NCBI GenBank assembly: GCA_000708835.1
Contig: DF237202.1
Span: 57,540-121,539 of the forward strand
Direction: 5' to 3'
From: Klebsormidium nitens
Taxonomy: Eukaryota; Plantae; Klebsormidiophyceae
DNA: 64,000 nt
Shown here piece after piece: positions 38,801 to 51,040 of this stretch (the stretch's first letter is position 1; every line of letters starts with the position of its first letter). Below the pieces are notes generated by a model, which was given only the letters and a program-made list of their open reading frames with translations, did no database searches and had not been told where the DNA came from. Both the position numbers and the translations under genes were made by a program.

Positions 38801-41800
38801 AAGGGTTTGGAACAAACGGCTTTCTGCTTGACTGCATCCGGGGGAATGTCCGAGACAATCCCCAGTTCTCGTCGGCCGGCAAGCATCCCTTGGAACAGCC
38901 AATCAGTCGAAGTTTCGAGATCAGCAACAAGCTGCAAACTTCCAAGCTGACGTCAAGCACCCGGTGATCAGGCATATGCCCACGTCCTAACCTATCTAAG
39001 CTGCCCTGTGTTTGGAAACAAGTCTGGACAGCAAGCACGATAAAAATTACAAAATTTGGAGGGAGCAGGAAGCCTGGAAAGCTTCAAGAGCGCTCTGCAC
39101 ACAGACTGCCAACACACAACTCGGCGGCCAATCATGCATGACAGCTGTCAACCTTAAAGGGATCACAACTTGCTCACTTTCGCTTGCGGTTCGCCACAGA
39201 GTACTCCACGCTGTTGATCTCCTCCGGAGGGATCCCCCAAAGGTGCCGCTGCATGAGGTCCCACACATTTTCCCGCTCCTCTAGTTCCCCGTCCGGCCCC
39301 ACCCCCGACTGCCCCCTGTTCGCGTGCGCCACGTTCTCAAAGAAAAAGAGGAACGTCCGGGGGCCGTTTTCCACCGCCGGCCGCCACCGCTGCTCGAAAT
39401 CTTCTGCAACCACAGGGCCGCGCGCAGCTGCCACGTGGCGCCTTCTGTTGGCGCTGACTTCACCAATGACGTCATCTTCGTCAAGCTGGAACTCGTTGTC
39501 GACCTCCGACTCGGGCCCCTCCTCTTCCGACGCGGCCCCGCACGACCGTTCCTGCTTCCGGGTCTTGCCGCTTTGCGAGCATGGCTCGACTTCCCGTGGT
39601 TTGACGGGCCCCCGATTTCCGTTCCGGTACAGGTAGAGCGGAATGTCGTCCGGTTTGCTATAGTCCTCCCCCTCGACTAGGATCTTCACGTCTTCTTTCC
39701 AAAGCGCGACCCACTCTACTTCGTCGTCAATGAGATACTTGACTTTATGGCGGTGCGAAGGCGGGTCGTACTCGACCGCCTTTGCGGTGTAGTACTTCTT
39801 GTCGACGTCCCACCAGATCGCAAACGCATCGATCAGAACTTCGACCTCCTCCCCCAAAAGGCTGAGAATCGCGCCGGGGTGGTTCTCCTCCTGCAAAAGC
39901 TCCGCCTCTAATAGCGGCACATCCACCCCCCCTGTGAAAGCGGTGCCTCCGACCCCCCCCGAGAGTTCGTCGCCACTCAGGGGCGGAAGATGGCGCTCGA
40001 AAGGTGCTGTGGGTTGGTCGTTGTTGGGAACGGGTCCAAGTTTGGACCGTTTTGGCGAGTGTGTGGGAGTTCCGCTAACGAAGTAGGGTTTGGGCAAGAC
40101 GGGAGGGGTTAGGCTCTGAGGGGCATCAGCAGCCGACTCAAGTCGATCCAAGCCGTCTGCGGGGTTTGACTGTCTAAAGGGGGGACGGCCTGTTTCCTGT
40201 TCAATCTCGTGGTTGCCTGGTTCTTCTCCCCAGCTAACGAAGTCAAACGACTCCTCAAAACCGCCCCTCCCGCTCTGTTTGGACCGCTCAAAAGGCTCCG
40301 GCGGAATGCACGCGTTTGGTTCCGTCCGATATAGTCCGGTTCCGCCCCTTTCCGTCGAGTTCCGGGTAAGTCCCAGTGCTTCCGTCCGGAACTGCTTGCG
40401 CCCGCCTGGCGCCATGCAGTCCCATCCGAACCCCTCTGGATCCGTACGGCTCCATTCGAACACCCGCCCTCTTGTCCGAATGCGTCCGCTTCCGTCCAAG
40501 TCCGTCTGGTTCCGCTCCGTTCCGTCCATTCCCCCGGATTCAAGTGCCCCAAACCCTGCTCCTCCGGCTTCACTGCGCACATCCCGGGCTTGAGGATCCG
40601 GGCCTCCGCTCAGCAAATCAGCAGCTTCCACGTGGCACGTTTCTCCTGCTCCGACTAACCCGTCCAGATTCGGCATTGCTCCAGTCGACGCCTCCTCTTC
40701 CCTGGGGCCCTCTTCCGCTCGGCCAGGGACTCCGATGCCGCTCTGCCGACTGCAGACGCTTGGTTCCGGCCTCTTGCTCTCGTTCCGTCGTTCCGCTCCT
40801 CCAGCCTCGGCACCTTCAGAGACGCCGCCTGGCATGAAAGCCATCAGTGAGGGGAGGCGAGTCTCGCAAGGCAGCAGTCCCCGTTCTGCTTGGGCTGTCC
40901 CGGTCGTTTCTCTGCCTCTTCCACTTGTGCCGGGAGCGGGTTCCGTTGGGCGCACGTCCGAAGGTTCCGGCGGAACGCCCTCGTCCAGAACCAACCGAAA
41001 GCCCCCGCTGCAGCGCTCACCGACTCTACACTCTTCTCCCGTATCACCGGCGCCCCGCTGACTTTCTGCTCGCCAAACGGGGGTGGATTTCCTAGCCAAA
41101 TCCACCCCCCTTGCCGAAGATTGCCGGACTCCGCCTGCTTCAGCACCCACACCAGGCTCTCCTTGGAATTGCCCACAATCTCCGGGCCAGTTGGTCATTC
41201 TGTGCCCTAAACCCGCATCCAAACCCCCGGTTAAACCCCAATCCAAGCCGGGCTGCGCGGGACTATTTCCTGCCGAACCCCTCCCAGCACCGTCTGCTTG
41301 GATCCGATCAAAACCCTCGAACGGGGTTCGAGCAGAAGAGTCCACGTCCAGGGGGGGCAATTTCGTGCCTGATGTGACCCCCCCTTGCTCCGCAACTGGG
41401 CGCCTTCTGCGATTGACGCGCAGCGGTGGGCTGCTGTCTTCGTCGTCATCGTGAACAGGAGTCTCGTTTAGCGGGGGCACGTTTGAGGGGACGGGGGTTC
41501 CGCTCGAAATGGGGGCGGCGCCGAGTTCTGGTTGGTTTGATGGGGGAGTGTTGGTGATGTCAGAGCCCGCCTCCTGAAAGAAAAGTAAAGCACAGCCACG
41601 TGTCAGCCGTCTGCAACATTTTCCCTCAAGAACGAAGCCGAATAGACATTGTCAATCCAAGGTCCCGGAAGGTGGCTGACACATTATGTCGTGTGCAAAC
41701 CCTTGAATTTCCTGAGACACTCCTCGCTGACTCCGGGTTCTTGTACAGCAGACTCCTACTCCCGATATCTTTGCCAATGGAAACAGGCTGGAACCTCCGA

Positions 41801-44636
41801 TACCTGTCTTTTCAGCACAGAGGAACGACTCGTTTTGTGACTCAGCTTTTCTTGTCCTGGCCTCAGCCAAACGAGCCCTTTCACTAACATCCTGAAAGTG
41901 TGAACAAACCAGCGAGAAGAAAGGACGAGCTTCTGGATTCAAGCCAAACTTCGGATCGTCGAGAAGGGTAACCCCGCCAACCAGCATCTCAACCTGGAGG
42001 CAGCCCAGAAATTTGACAATTGAAGCAGATGGGTCAAGGGTACAGAAGAACTAAACAAGAGTTGAGGAAACCGAACTTGATTTCCACGAGTCCCTCCCAT
42101 TACTCTATTGGTCCCCAGCCCGACCTTCCTCAGTTGACGTAATTAGGAAACATAGACAACGACAAGAAGTCTGTGAAACCCGTGCCCAGTGGCTTCACAG
42201 TTTTGCTGACAAGGAGATTCTCTCACGTCTAGTTCCGCCTCCACGTCTTTGGCCAGGATCCAGTCGAGCGCATCCGTCACGCTGCCCCCTCTAGTTGCGC
42301 CCACCGCCTGTCGCGCCTGTTTTGAGGCGTAGCCCATTTCAACCAGTTGTTGGATCCGGGAATCCGGTTCCGCTGACGCTTTCGTTCCTCTTTTGGGGCT
42401 GGGAGACGCCTGCACAATTGGTTGTCAACTCGTTCGCTCCCTATGCATCAACCTCCAGCCTTTGACCAGCTGTGCAAGGCGCTTCTTTTCCGAGGAGGAT
42501 ACTTTGCTGGGTCCTTAAAGGCTGGAAGAAACCTGGAAGAAGGTCGGTGCTGATGCATGATCAGATTTGCCCACAAGTCCTCTTGCGTGGCCTTATCAGA
42601 CGCAACCAAATCAAGAAATAACAAGTCACAGAGAAAGCCCCTGATGGTCGTTTCAGAGGGAGACTCCTGCAAATGCCCCTCAGGTGGCGTAATGTGATTC
42701 GATTCTTTATTTCTCTTGACTTGTCTTCCTTCAAACAAGAAGTAGCCTGTGTGCCGACCAGTTGCTGCGATAGCGAGTTGAACCCTGTCTGACTCGTACG
42801 TTCTTCACAGAATCTTTCGCTCCAACTACGATGACGGTTATGATCACTCTGCTTCTGTCAAAACACAGCTCCATTCTGCACAGGCCAGAAATTGCCACGT
42901 GTCGATTCACATCATCCATCTTCCCCCTGCCCACAAATCATTTCTCCACAAGCTGCCACGTGTCACTCACCGCGGCCACCTGATCGTGTCCCCTCTTCTT
43001 CCCTCCCCGGCTCATCGCCCGAATCGCGTCCAGATTCTCTAACTTCAACCGGGCCCCGTTCGGAAGCTCGACGAACTCAAACGCCAGGAGCTCCTGAGCC
43101 ACGCGCCACCGGAGCCGCTCGAAATGGGGCCTCAGACGGGCCGGGAGACGGGCGCCCAGGTCGGCGGCCGAGAGGGTTGGGGTTTGGGAGAGCAAGTTGT
43201 AGACGGCCGCGGCGAGGTCTGCTTCAGTCTGAAGGGGTTCGAAAAGGGGCCTGATGAAAAGAACGGACGAGCTGTCAGATGCAAGCCTGGAACTTCTCAT
43301 TGAGAAAGGTGCCCGCGTGGTGATGAAATAGCTACTTGAACGGGGAGTGTGTGGAAAGGGCTCGAAGCGGGGAGAAAATACGGTAACAAGAGGCGCGGAC
43401 CTTGACTAAACGGTCGGTAACGATCTTTTGCGACTGTCCGAGGCCGCAGGTTTCTTTCAACTGAATCTCGGTAGTATATGTTCTAGGAGGCCCCCAGAAT
43501 CGTAATGGAGTCGGGCAGGTCCCAAGTCACTACCAACATCTACATTGCTTGGTTGCGAATAACGGCTTTGTTGGCCAGCAGGGGCGACTGAAGGAATGGT
43601 CTGCCAGGGGGAAATTCTAATATAAGGCCCGTTCAATGATACTGGCTAGCTGTTAGCCCATGCACCCAAAGAGCCCATATGCTTGTTTGACCAGGCGACC
43701 AATTCGTGGAGACTCTCTGATGACGTGTCCCAAAGGGTTTGGACCATCTGGTGAATCATAGGTGTCCAAGCTTGTTAGGCAGGGACTCTGATATTCGAAA
43801 TGAGGCACAGAGAGCCAAGATTGATCATGACTGTTCTCCCGAAACGGAAGGCGAACTGGGAATTTCTCTGGTCGTCTTCGATTCCTTGAAACAACGCTGT
43901 GAATTCAAACCTTCCAGCCTGCGAACTAGACAGACCCGACTAGCCTTGAAGTATTTCATCCAGGTCAAAAGCTCAAAGCTTGACAAAGAAAGCAATCAAT
44001 GCATCTTTGGCCCCAATCAGTCATGTCGTTATGAGTCATGTCGTCTTTGGAAGGGAGATAACGTTTGTCAAAGCTGATACTCTCCCAGCACCGATACGCA
44101 CACGCAAAACAAGATGGCCATCATAGATCGTCTTAGTCCCTCAGTCCCGATCATATCATGCACCAGACACATTGATTGAAAAGTCTGCCTCACCTATACT
44201 CCTCGGCTGGGTCTCCGAGCGCATAGTGGGCTCTTGTTGTCGAGATCCAAATCAGCAGCTGCTTCTCCCCGTACCCCTGAAACGACCGCTCCAGTATCGG
44301 CCCGATGTCCTTCACTTTGCAGCCCCGACTCTGTAACTGCGCGGCCCCCAGACCCTCCCTTTCTGAACAGCCCACTTCTGTGATCTGTCTTTGTGACAGC
44401 CCGCCTCTGTCATATGGTTCAACAGTCCCACTGAATAGAAGATCTGCCCCCTCCAACACTTCTTGGATCTGACGCAAGTTGTTGGTATGACGGCAGTAGA
44501 TTTGGAAGTGGGTCAATCTCCGCCAGGGCCGACGGTCTTCGGCATTGTCGCAGTCGCCGAACCTGGCTGCCACGCCTAGTTCCTCCGTTTGCAGAATTGC
44601 AGACGTCTCGAACGCGGTGGGCAGGGCAGAGTCCAT
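35832..44636 (-). CDS. DRM: DRM-type (domains-rearranged) C5 cytosine DNA methyltransferase with N-terminal RFTS, UBA and Tudor-like domains, ~1395 aa
   Basis: Exons 44636-44194, 43250-42971, 42409-42227, 41573-39178, 38510-38259, 37784-37637 and 36317-35832 are phase-consistent (a possible extra exon lies near 41890-41765; the start codon is uncertain). Catalytic motifs are in DRM order: VI FFFENVA, VIII NRKRKYPHNIP, IX/X EEEVETIMGFPRGHTR...LGNSFQVDT, then I VLSLFDGISG and IV FDLVAGGSPCNNL. Confidence 0.92.
36960..37680 (-). repeat. Degenerate tandem array (~155-185 bp period) of the 3' end of a DRM exon plus its donor site
   Basis: The true exon end CGGAGCAAAGTCTTCGAGCTGCTCGGCAACTCGTTCCAG|gtacgt (37637) recurs near-identically at ~37467 (|gcaagc) and progressively more decayed at ~37283, ~37105-37160 and ~36973. 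Confidence 0.75.
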
Positions 44637-46774
44637 TGCAGCTTCTCAGCATGCACGAGGATCTACGCCGGGGTACGCAATGGTTGCGGTGGCTTGTTTA
44701 CTTCCAGAGCCCTCGAAGTGTCTGCATAGGAAGCGAGCAGAGTATGATGAACCAGAAGAAAGTAAGAGGATTCATTGGATGTCACTGCACTCAAATGAAA
44801 CAACTGTCGCAGATGTACTAGCTAAGAAGTGTTGATTAAGCTTCTTCGTACTGACCAAGCAACGGGCTGGACCTGCATTCCGAGACTGCTCTGGTTAAAG
44901 AGTACATGAATCAGCTTGCAAATTTCTTTTACTTACTGAGTTCCTTTTCACTGGGCAGCAGTCATTCAACTTAACTTTCTACCGGCGTCACTCGGCCTAA
45001 TCTGGGCACCCAATAAATCAAACCTCTATTGACACAGGCGGACAGTAAACTCCGTGTGAAGAGACAGCTTGAAACTGATCTGCATGCCGGAAATGTGGCG
45101 ATGGGAGGGTGGGCATGAACACACCTTTTGGTTACATCCCTTCTGAAAAGAAGTGATCAAGTTGTTCAGACCGCTACCTAAACACTGGATGATTGCTGAG
45201 ACTCAGCTGACTCGTCAGCAAGAAATTGCTGGATTTGGTCTGCACTGGTAAGTGGGCTTGTATTGATTTGACAACTATACCGTGTCTCAACTTGTCACAC
45301 ATCATCAAGTAGAGCCTGTTAGCAAGCCGCTCGAACTTAGAAGTGGTGCTAGGGGCAGCACAGGCCAACTTTTTTTGTGCATTTTTTCTCCAAAGGCCCT
45401 TCCAAAATGTACCGCTGCAGTCAAGTTGTCAACGATGTGACCCATTCGCTCAGTTTCAGATCATAGCAACCACCTTTCGAGAGAAACCAAATGCCCTCCA
45501 TCTCTGATTGCAAAGACCGCTCCACAAAAAGTCCAATGCCCCATTGCAATACCCACCTGTAGCTTCCATTCCACTGAAGAGAACCACAAGTCGTTGCCTT
45601 ACGCCCTTGAAAACCCAAGGTGCGCTGTTCTGTCCCTCTCAGTGGTCTCGCCTCACACAGCATTCTATCAGCATTCAACAAGGCGCCCCCAAATGCCAAC
45701 GGCTACAGTTTGCTGCGCCATTGCTTGTTTTATCAGCAGTAGAGCAGAGCGTCTTGGAACAGCAGATGGCAGCTGCTTGGGCAGGAGCAGGTGCAAAAGA
45801 CTTCCTGGCAACCTGTGATTCCCCATTCCTCTTGAAAGGGCGGCCAAGTTGCTCCCGTATACATTCAAGAGGACTAAACTTTGAAATTTGATCTTGCATT
45901 CACAATCACGGGTCTGGGTCCTGCATTGATCTGACTGCAGCCTGCAGGAACTGAAACATTTGAGGAGGAAGCTTGCAAGGAGGGAACCATGATGTCCACT
46001 GTCGCTCACTGTGACTACGGTATGAGTGAAATGCATACCTGTGTGAAATGAGTGAAGTGCATACCTGTGAGCAAGCTGTTCGGCCTACGACGGGCCCTGA
46101 CGGCGGATCTTCCCGGCACTGGATACTTCTCCCGAGTGCCCAAACCGCGCCCGGGGAGGTCCTCGAGTCTTGACCAGTGACTCCTGAGTCCCGACTCCTG
46201 AATCAGAGGACTCAAGACGTCCCGGCCCGCTTTGCAATTTGAAGAGCACCGGGCTATCTGATCGAGATACTTTGCGGCAGCTGGCCGTCAATGCGGAAGG
46301 CAAGTTCGTGCTGGAATCTTGCCTGCCAATACCACTGCCAGGGCAATGCAAGAGAAAGGAGGGATTCGGAGAAAGCTCAAGATTGCCCACTGCCACTGCC
46401 AGCGCTACGTTTTGAGGCTCTTCCTTTCAACAGAAAAGCTTGCGCATTATGACGGATTGAGGCTGGGCAAGGTCCGTGATTTAATTGCGCCTTCATGTGG
46501 AAGCTGTCATCTTTGTACCTGAGAGTTTGCTCCTGTTATGGTATGTCATCGATTTCGAGATTGGAATCCCGACGAAGTGGCAGCGGGGGCAGGATTTCTT
46601 GCAGCTCCTGAAGTCTGCAGCTGCTCCTAGTGCTACCGCTCGGTGGCGAATTTCGGGCGCTTTGTTGCGGGAGATGGCCCCATGATAGACAAAATGAAAA
46701 GACAAGGGGATGCAATGTGAGAGAATGGCGAGGAAGAAAAGATCAGAGGATGACCGGAAAGAAAACGTGCGGTG

Positions 46775-49700
46775 ATGGAGAAAGGGCGGGGGTCTTCCCG
46801 CGGAGCGAGTAACCGCCGGCGCCCCCGGGGGGGCTCTCGGTGGTCGCCCACCAAGAAACCAAGGCCGGTTTGGCTCGCGGTTTTGCTCCCCTTCCTAGTT
46901 CTCCTGGTCCTGATCCAGCTGGCGCAGCCCTTGCTGAAAGATGAACAAAGCTGGTGGACCAAGGAGCTCTTTCTTCAACCGCCGTTTGCGAAAGTTTCGG
47001 AAGTGCGGACGGCGATCTGTCTCTCAGGGGGAGCGCGCTCGTTTGAGCTCACGGGACCGAGCATTAAGGATCGGCTGCTGAGCGCTTATCCCAACAGCGA
47101 CGTGTTCCTGGTGGTGCCCTTTGATGCGGACGCCCATAAGCTATCGCTGCTGGCCGGGACGGGGAACATCGTGCACGCTGAGGTGGCGGTGCAGGCGCTG
47201 ATGCGCGAGGATGATGTCAGCAAGGAGCTGTTTGATGAAATTGGATCGCCGAATGGAGTACAGGTGAGGTGGCAGAGTGTCATTGGCCGCTTCAAATCTG
47301 CTTCTTGTTTCTAGATCTTTAGTGGTTGAGAGCATGTCAAGTATAGGGACTCAAAACCGTCGAGTGCTCTGTGAGTTCTGGTTTGTTGATATCTGGTTGT
47401 TGAGGTTTTCCATATGTCCATCTCACCAGCTTTTGCTAGATTGGATGCGAATCTTGTAGACAATATTGCGGCATTGTTTGGGCGTTGCATTTCATTTTTC
47501 ACACCAACACACGAGGCTTCCAAGTTCCTGAAACAGGCAGCAACTATTCAGCTGAGTTTCTGCTATCCGAAGTTGGGACACGAGAATTTCGGGAGTTGCC
47601 GCCTTGAACCTGTGTGTACCCATCTGTATCTTCCTGCCAAAGTTTTGGGATTGCACAACCAGATTCTAGCGACCTTTGTTCACAGCAGGTTAGGAAGTAA
47701 GCCTCCTGTAGAGGGCGGCAGAAGATGAGGTATGCACCCAGATTTCGTGGCGGAGCCCTGTTTTTGTTCACAGACTTGAGAGTTCTGCCAGCTCTTGTGT
47801 GACACTTCTGGGCACATGGCTGGGAAGTTTGTTTCAGCACTCTTTGTTTTGTTAGATGTCATATACACAGACCTGATAGATCCCAGTTCTAGTGTCCTTT
47901 CCCTCGCTGTCGTGAGTTTTGTCTAGTGAACTGCCTGTCGGTCATGATGATTGTGCATTTTGCAGCTGGCTGGAGGCGGTCACGATAAAAAGAGCATCGC
48001 GCTTGAGACTTTCTGGGTCGTTCATTAACCATGCTCGAAATAAGTGTGTCAGACGGGAGGAGGATCATGCATCCCTTGCTGATACATTTTTGACACCGGC
48101 TTCCTGCCTGCTTTCTCCTTGGCTGTTCGCCTTGCTCTAGTGTCAGATTGTTGTGAATTCACTCCCTTTCTTTCGCACGACCGTTTGGAGCAAGCGAGGG
48201 CTGCTTGCCGTGCAGTTTTTGTGTCACTTTTGGAGTCTCCTCTTCATTGCCTTCGCGTTTTCCCCTTTTGACCAAGGTTCAAGATGTACAGCTCCTCTGG
48301 TGAAACAGATTAGCTTGGACCCTTTTGAGTGCACTCGCTTGGTCACACCCCTTCGAATACAGCCCCCTCTCGAAATCAAAGCAAAGCCCTCTTCTCATTT
48401 TGAGTCCCATCGTGTGGCCCAGTTCAGCCTTTTCCGTTCATCCAGAGAACCATCAGTGCCAGATCGGACATTTGGTAAGGTTCATCTGACAATAGGGTAA
48501 CCAGCATAGCGTTGCACAAGGCTTCTGGAAGAATCGGCCCACAGACAGACTGAGACAGCCGCCAAACTATGTACCGGACTCTTAACATGTCAAGGCCTTT
48601 TATCTGCTTGATAAAGCCTGCACCTTTATACACGTTGAAGAAGACGGCAATGTTGGTGGAGGAAATTTGTGGTGAATGATTGGTGGAGAATAATTTCCGC
48701 TGTACCTGGATCCTGTCAGCACAGAGCGGAGCTGGGAGACAAACGGCATTTGACCTAGGAGCCCCTCTCAGCTGAAAGACCATTCTCTGATCTTCAGAAT
48801 TCACGGTCCCCATTCTGAAGAGGACCCCAAAAACGACTCCGGTCGAGAACCTTGACCATTTGCTGTGCCCCCCTCCCTGCAAAAAAGCTCTCCTTTCTTT
48901 CTCCTCTGTTTAGTAAGCGTTGTCAAAGTGCGCTTCACTACTTTCTGCGTCCCGCAAAAGCTGCTCCAGTTAAGCTTCTCTGGGCTTTTTCAGGTTTTCT
49001 CCCTTCGCTTGTACATATCCGCCCACGTTTCTTGTTCACTGCACTTACTAGACTCCAACTCCCCTGCTCAAGTCTTCTGTTGATATCCCGACGCTCTTGG
49101 CACAGTCTTTTCATTCTGACAGTTTCTCAGTTTTCACCACTCGCTCCGTGTCTGTGCTGTCTCTTTGTCTACATGTTTCCCCTCCCAAGTCGCTGAACTA
49201 TGTCTGTGGCCGGACTGCGGTCTTTACAAATTGGAGAAGTGATTGAAACGTGAGAACGGATTGAATGGAAAGTTCCTCATCTTGCTTCTTTGACCTCTCT
49301 CCCTCACCCCCTACTCGCCGCAGGATCTAACAGGTAGCTGTTGCTCTTGCAGTAGACACTGCAGCTGTTGCTGGACGCATCGCCAAAACAACCTTAACCT
49401 CTTCCCTCTATTCCTTGCTCCTCAGCTTTTCTGGCGCATCGTTTTCTTGCCCCTCCAGACTTAGTTACGCATGGCTTTCCTTCACTTCTTCAACGAACTA
49501 AAGCCTGAACGCAGAGTCTTTGAAACACTGTCAAACCTATTTTATTGCAGGGCCTCCTCCAGTACTTCGCCCTCGTCGAGTCGTGCCAGGCCGCCATTAC
49601 CGCCCACGAGCGTACCCACCGTTTCCGCTACGCTTACGTTCTCCGCACGCGGCCCGATGGGTTCTGGAACGCCCCCCCCCCGCCGCTCTCCACCTTCGAG

Positions 49701-50822
49701 CGCGACACTTACTACGCTCCGAACGGCGTCGATTTCGACGGCGTCAACGATCGCCTCGGCCTGGGGGGCCGGCGCATCATGTCGAAAATGCTCGCGCGGA
49801 GTAGCACTAGAAGCGAGCTCTACGCGGCGGGGCTGCGAAACGCCAACTCGGAGATTGCGCTGAAAGCGCAGCTCAAAATCCGGGGGGTGAAGCTCGCGCG
49901 CCTCGACTTTCCGTTCTGCGTGATCACGCGCCGGACGTTTCCGTTCGTGGACCGGCCGGAAGAGGTCCCCGTTGTGCCGATCGGGAGCGCCGTGACGCTC
50001 AACGGGGTTTACTGCAAGCCGTGCACGCCGATGCTCGCCGGCCAACGCGCGTTCGACAAGATGGGGGGGTACCGCAAATCGCTCCGCTGGTTCGGGACTC
50101 CCCGTGCCGGCGCCGAGATCTGCAACAGCACGGCGGAATGGGAACGGAACTGGGAGCGCGCGTTCGACGCGAAAGTCGGCCCGCAGCTCGCAGCCGCACG
50201 ACACGCGTTTCGCAACGAGACGTTTGACGCGTGTAAGCGGCGGGTCGCGAACTTCGTACAGGAGATCCCGGAATGGCGTGGGCCGTCCCCGCGCGAAATG
50301 TGTTTGATGTCGTTCTTGGGTAAACCCAGGCGGGTTAAGGGGGTAATGATGTACGTTCAATTACTGCGGGGGCCGGCGGATGCGCGCTCGACCAGTTTCG
50401 CACTCGGACGGAACTCGCCCCTAGGTATTGCGTTGGCTAATGTGAGTACTTCCACTGACTTTGCTGCTATGAGCACTGACCGGTTGTGTCAAGTTAATAA
50501 GAAGTGTAGATACCCCAGCGCTGCGGACAGCGCGAGACTGACACAAACTTTACCGAAAAAGGTTTACGTAGGAGTCTTAGAGGTGGCCGGGCTAGAGTTG
50601 GCGTCTCGCTTCCTTCAGGAGGCCAGAAGCGATCCGGATCTCTGGGTTTGTCAGATTGTGTTAACTTACCACGATTCAGACCAAGACGTCAAGGAGTGGG
50701 AGTCGCTGAGACGTGCTTATCAAGAGGCCGGGTTTTGGCAAGCCACTTGCGAATGGACGGCTCGAAACGAGGCGCGCTGCTTGTTGTTTTCGGATAAAAG
50801 GTGTAACTTAAAGTTTCTGTAA
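46775..50822 (+). CDS. DUF7796-like type II membrane protein (putative glycosyltransferase-like) with C-terminal FkbM/Methyltransf_22-like extension, ~586 aa
   Basis: Exons 46775-47263 and 49551-50822 (phase 0, 2287-nt intron). Basic N-tail plus TM (VWLAVLLPFLVLLVLIQLA). Plant-family motifs TAICLSGGARSFELTGPSI, SPNGVQGLLQYFALVESC, YVLRTRPDGFW, GVNDRLGLG. Confidence 0.85.
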
Positions 50823-50900
50823 TGGACCATATTGATACCTCTACTGTGACAGTCGGAAGTGCAAGGTCATCAAAGGCAATTTTTAAAGAACTGTTTTCAA

Positions 50901-51040
50901 GAATCACCTTGACGAACCTCAGTCTGACTCCACCTTTCCGATGCTCATGCTTTCAATCTGCTTCTCGTCAGTACGATTCTTGTCCCGCAAAGAGCGAACA
51001 GCATGTGCCAGGCGGCTGCGGCGGGACCCTCAATCGCAAA
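50901..51040 (+). repeat. Dispersed ~140-bp repeat, copy 1
   Basis: Shares gaatcaccttgacgaa...cagtctgactc...acgattcttgtcccgcaaagagcg(a/g)acagcatgtgccaggcggctgcggcggga with 62487-62616. Confidence 0.85.

Noticed and set aside
42448-42738. 96-aa ORF inside the DRM gene as an extra exon
   Set aside because: No phase-0 donor found; the flanking exons join directly in phase 0.
48424-48882. 152-aa antisense ORF in the DUF7796 intron as a nested gene
   Set aside because: Neighbouring minus-strand segments are full of stops and no family is recognisable; more likely decayed TE sequence.
49542-50360. 272-aa minus-strand ORF
   Set aside because: Antisense shadow of the GC-rich DUF7796-like exon.
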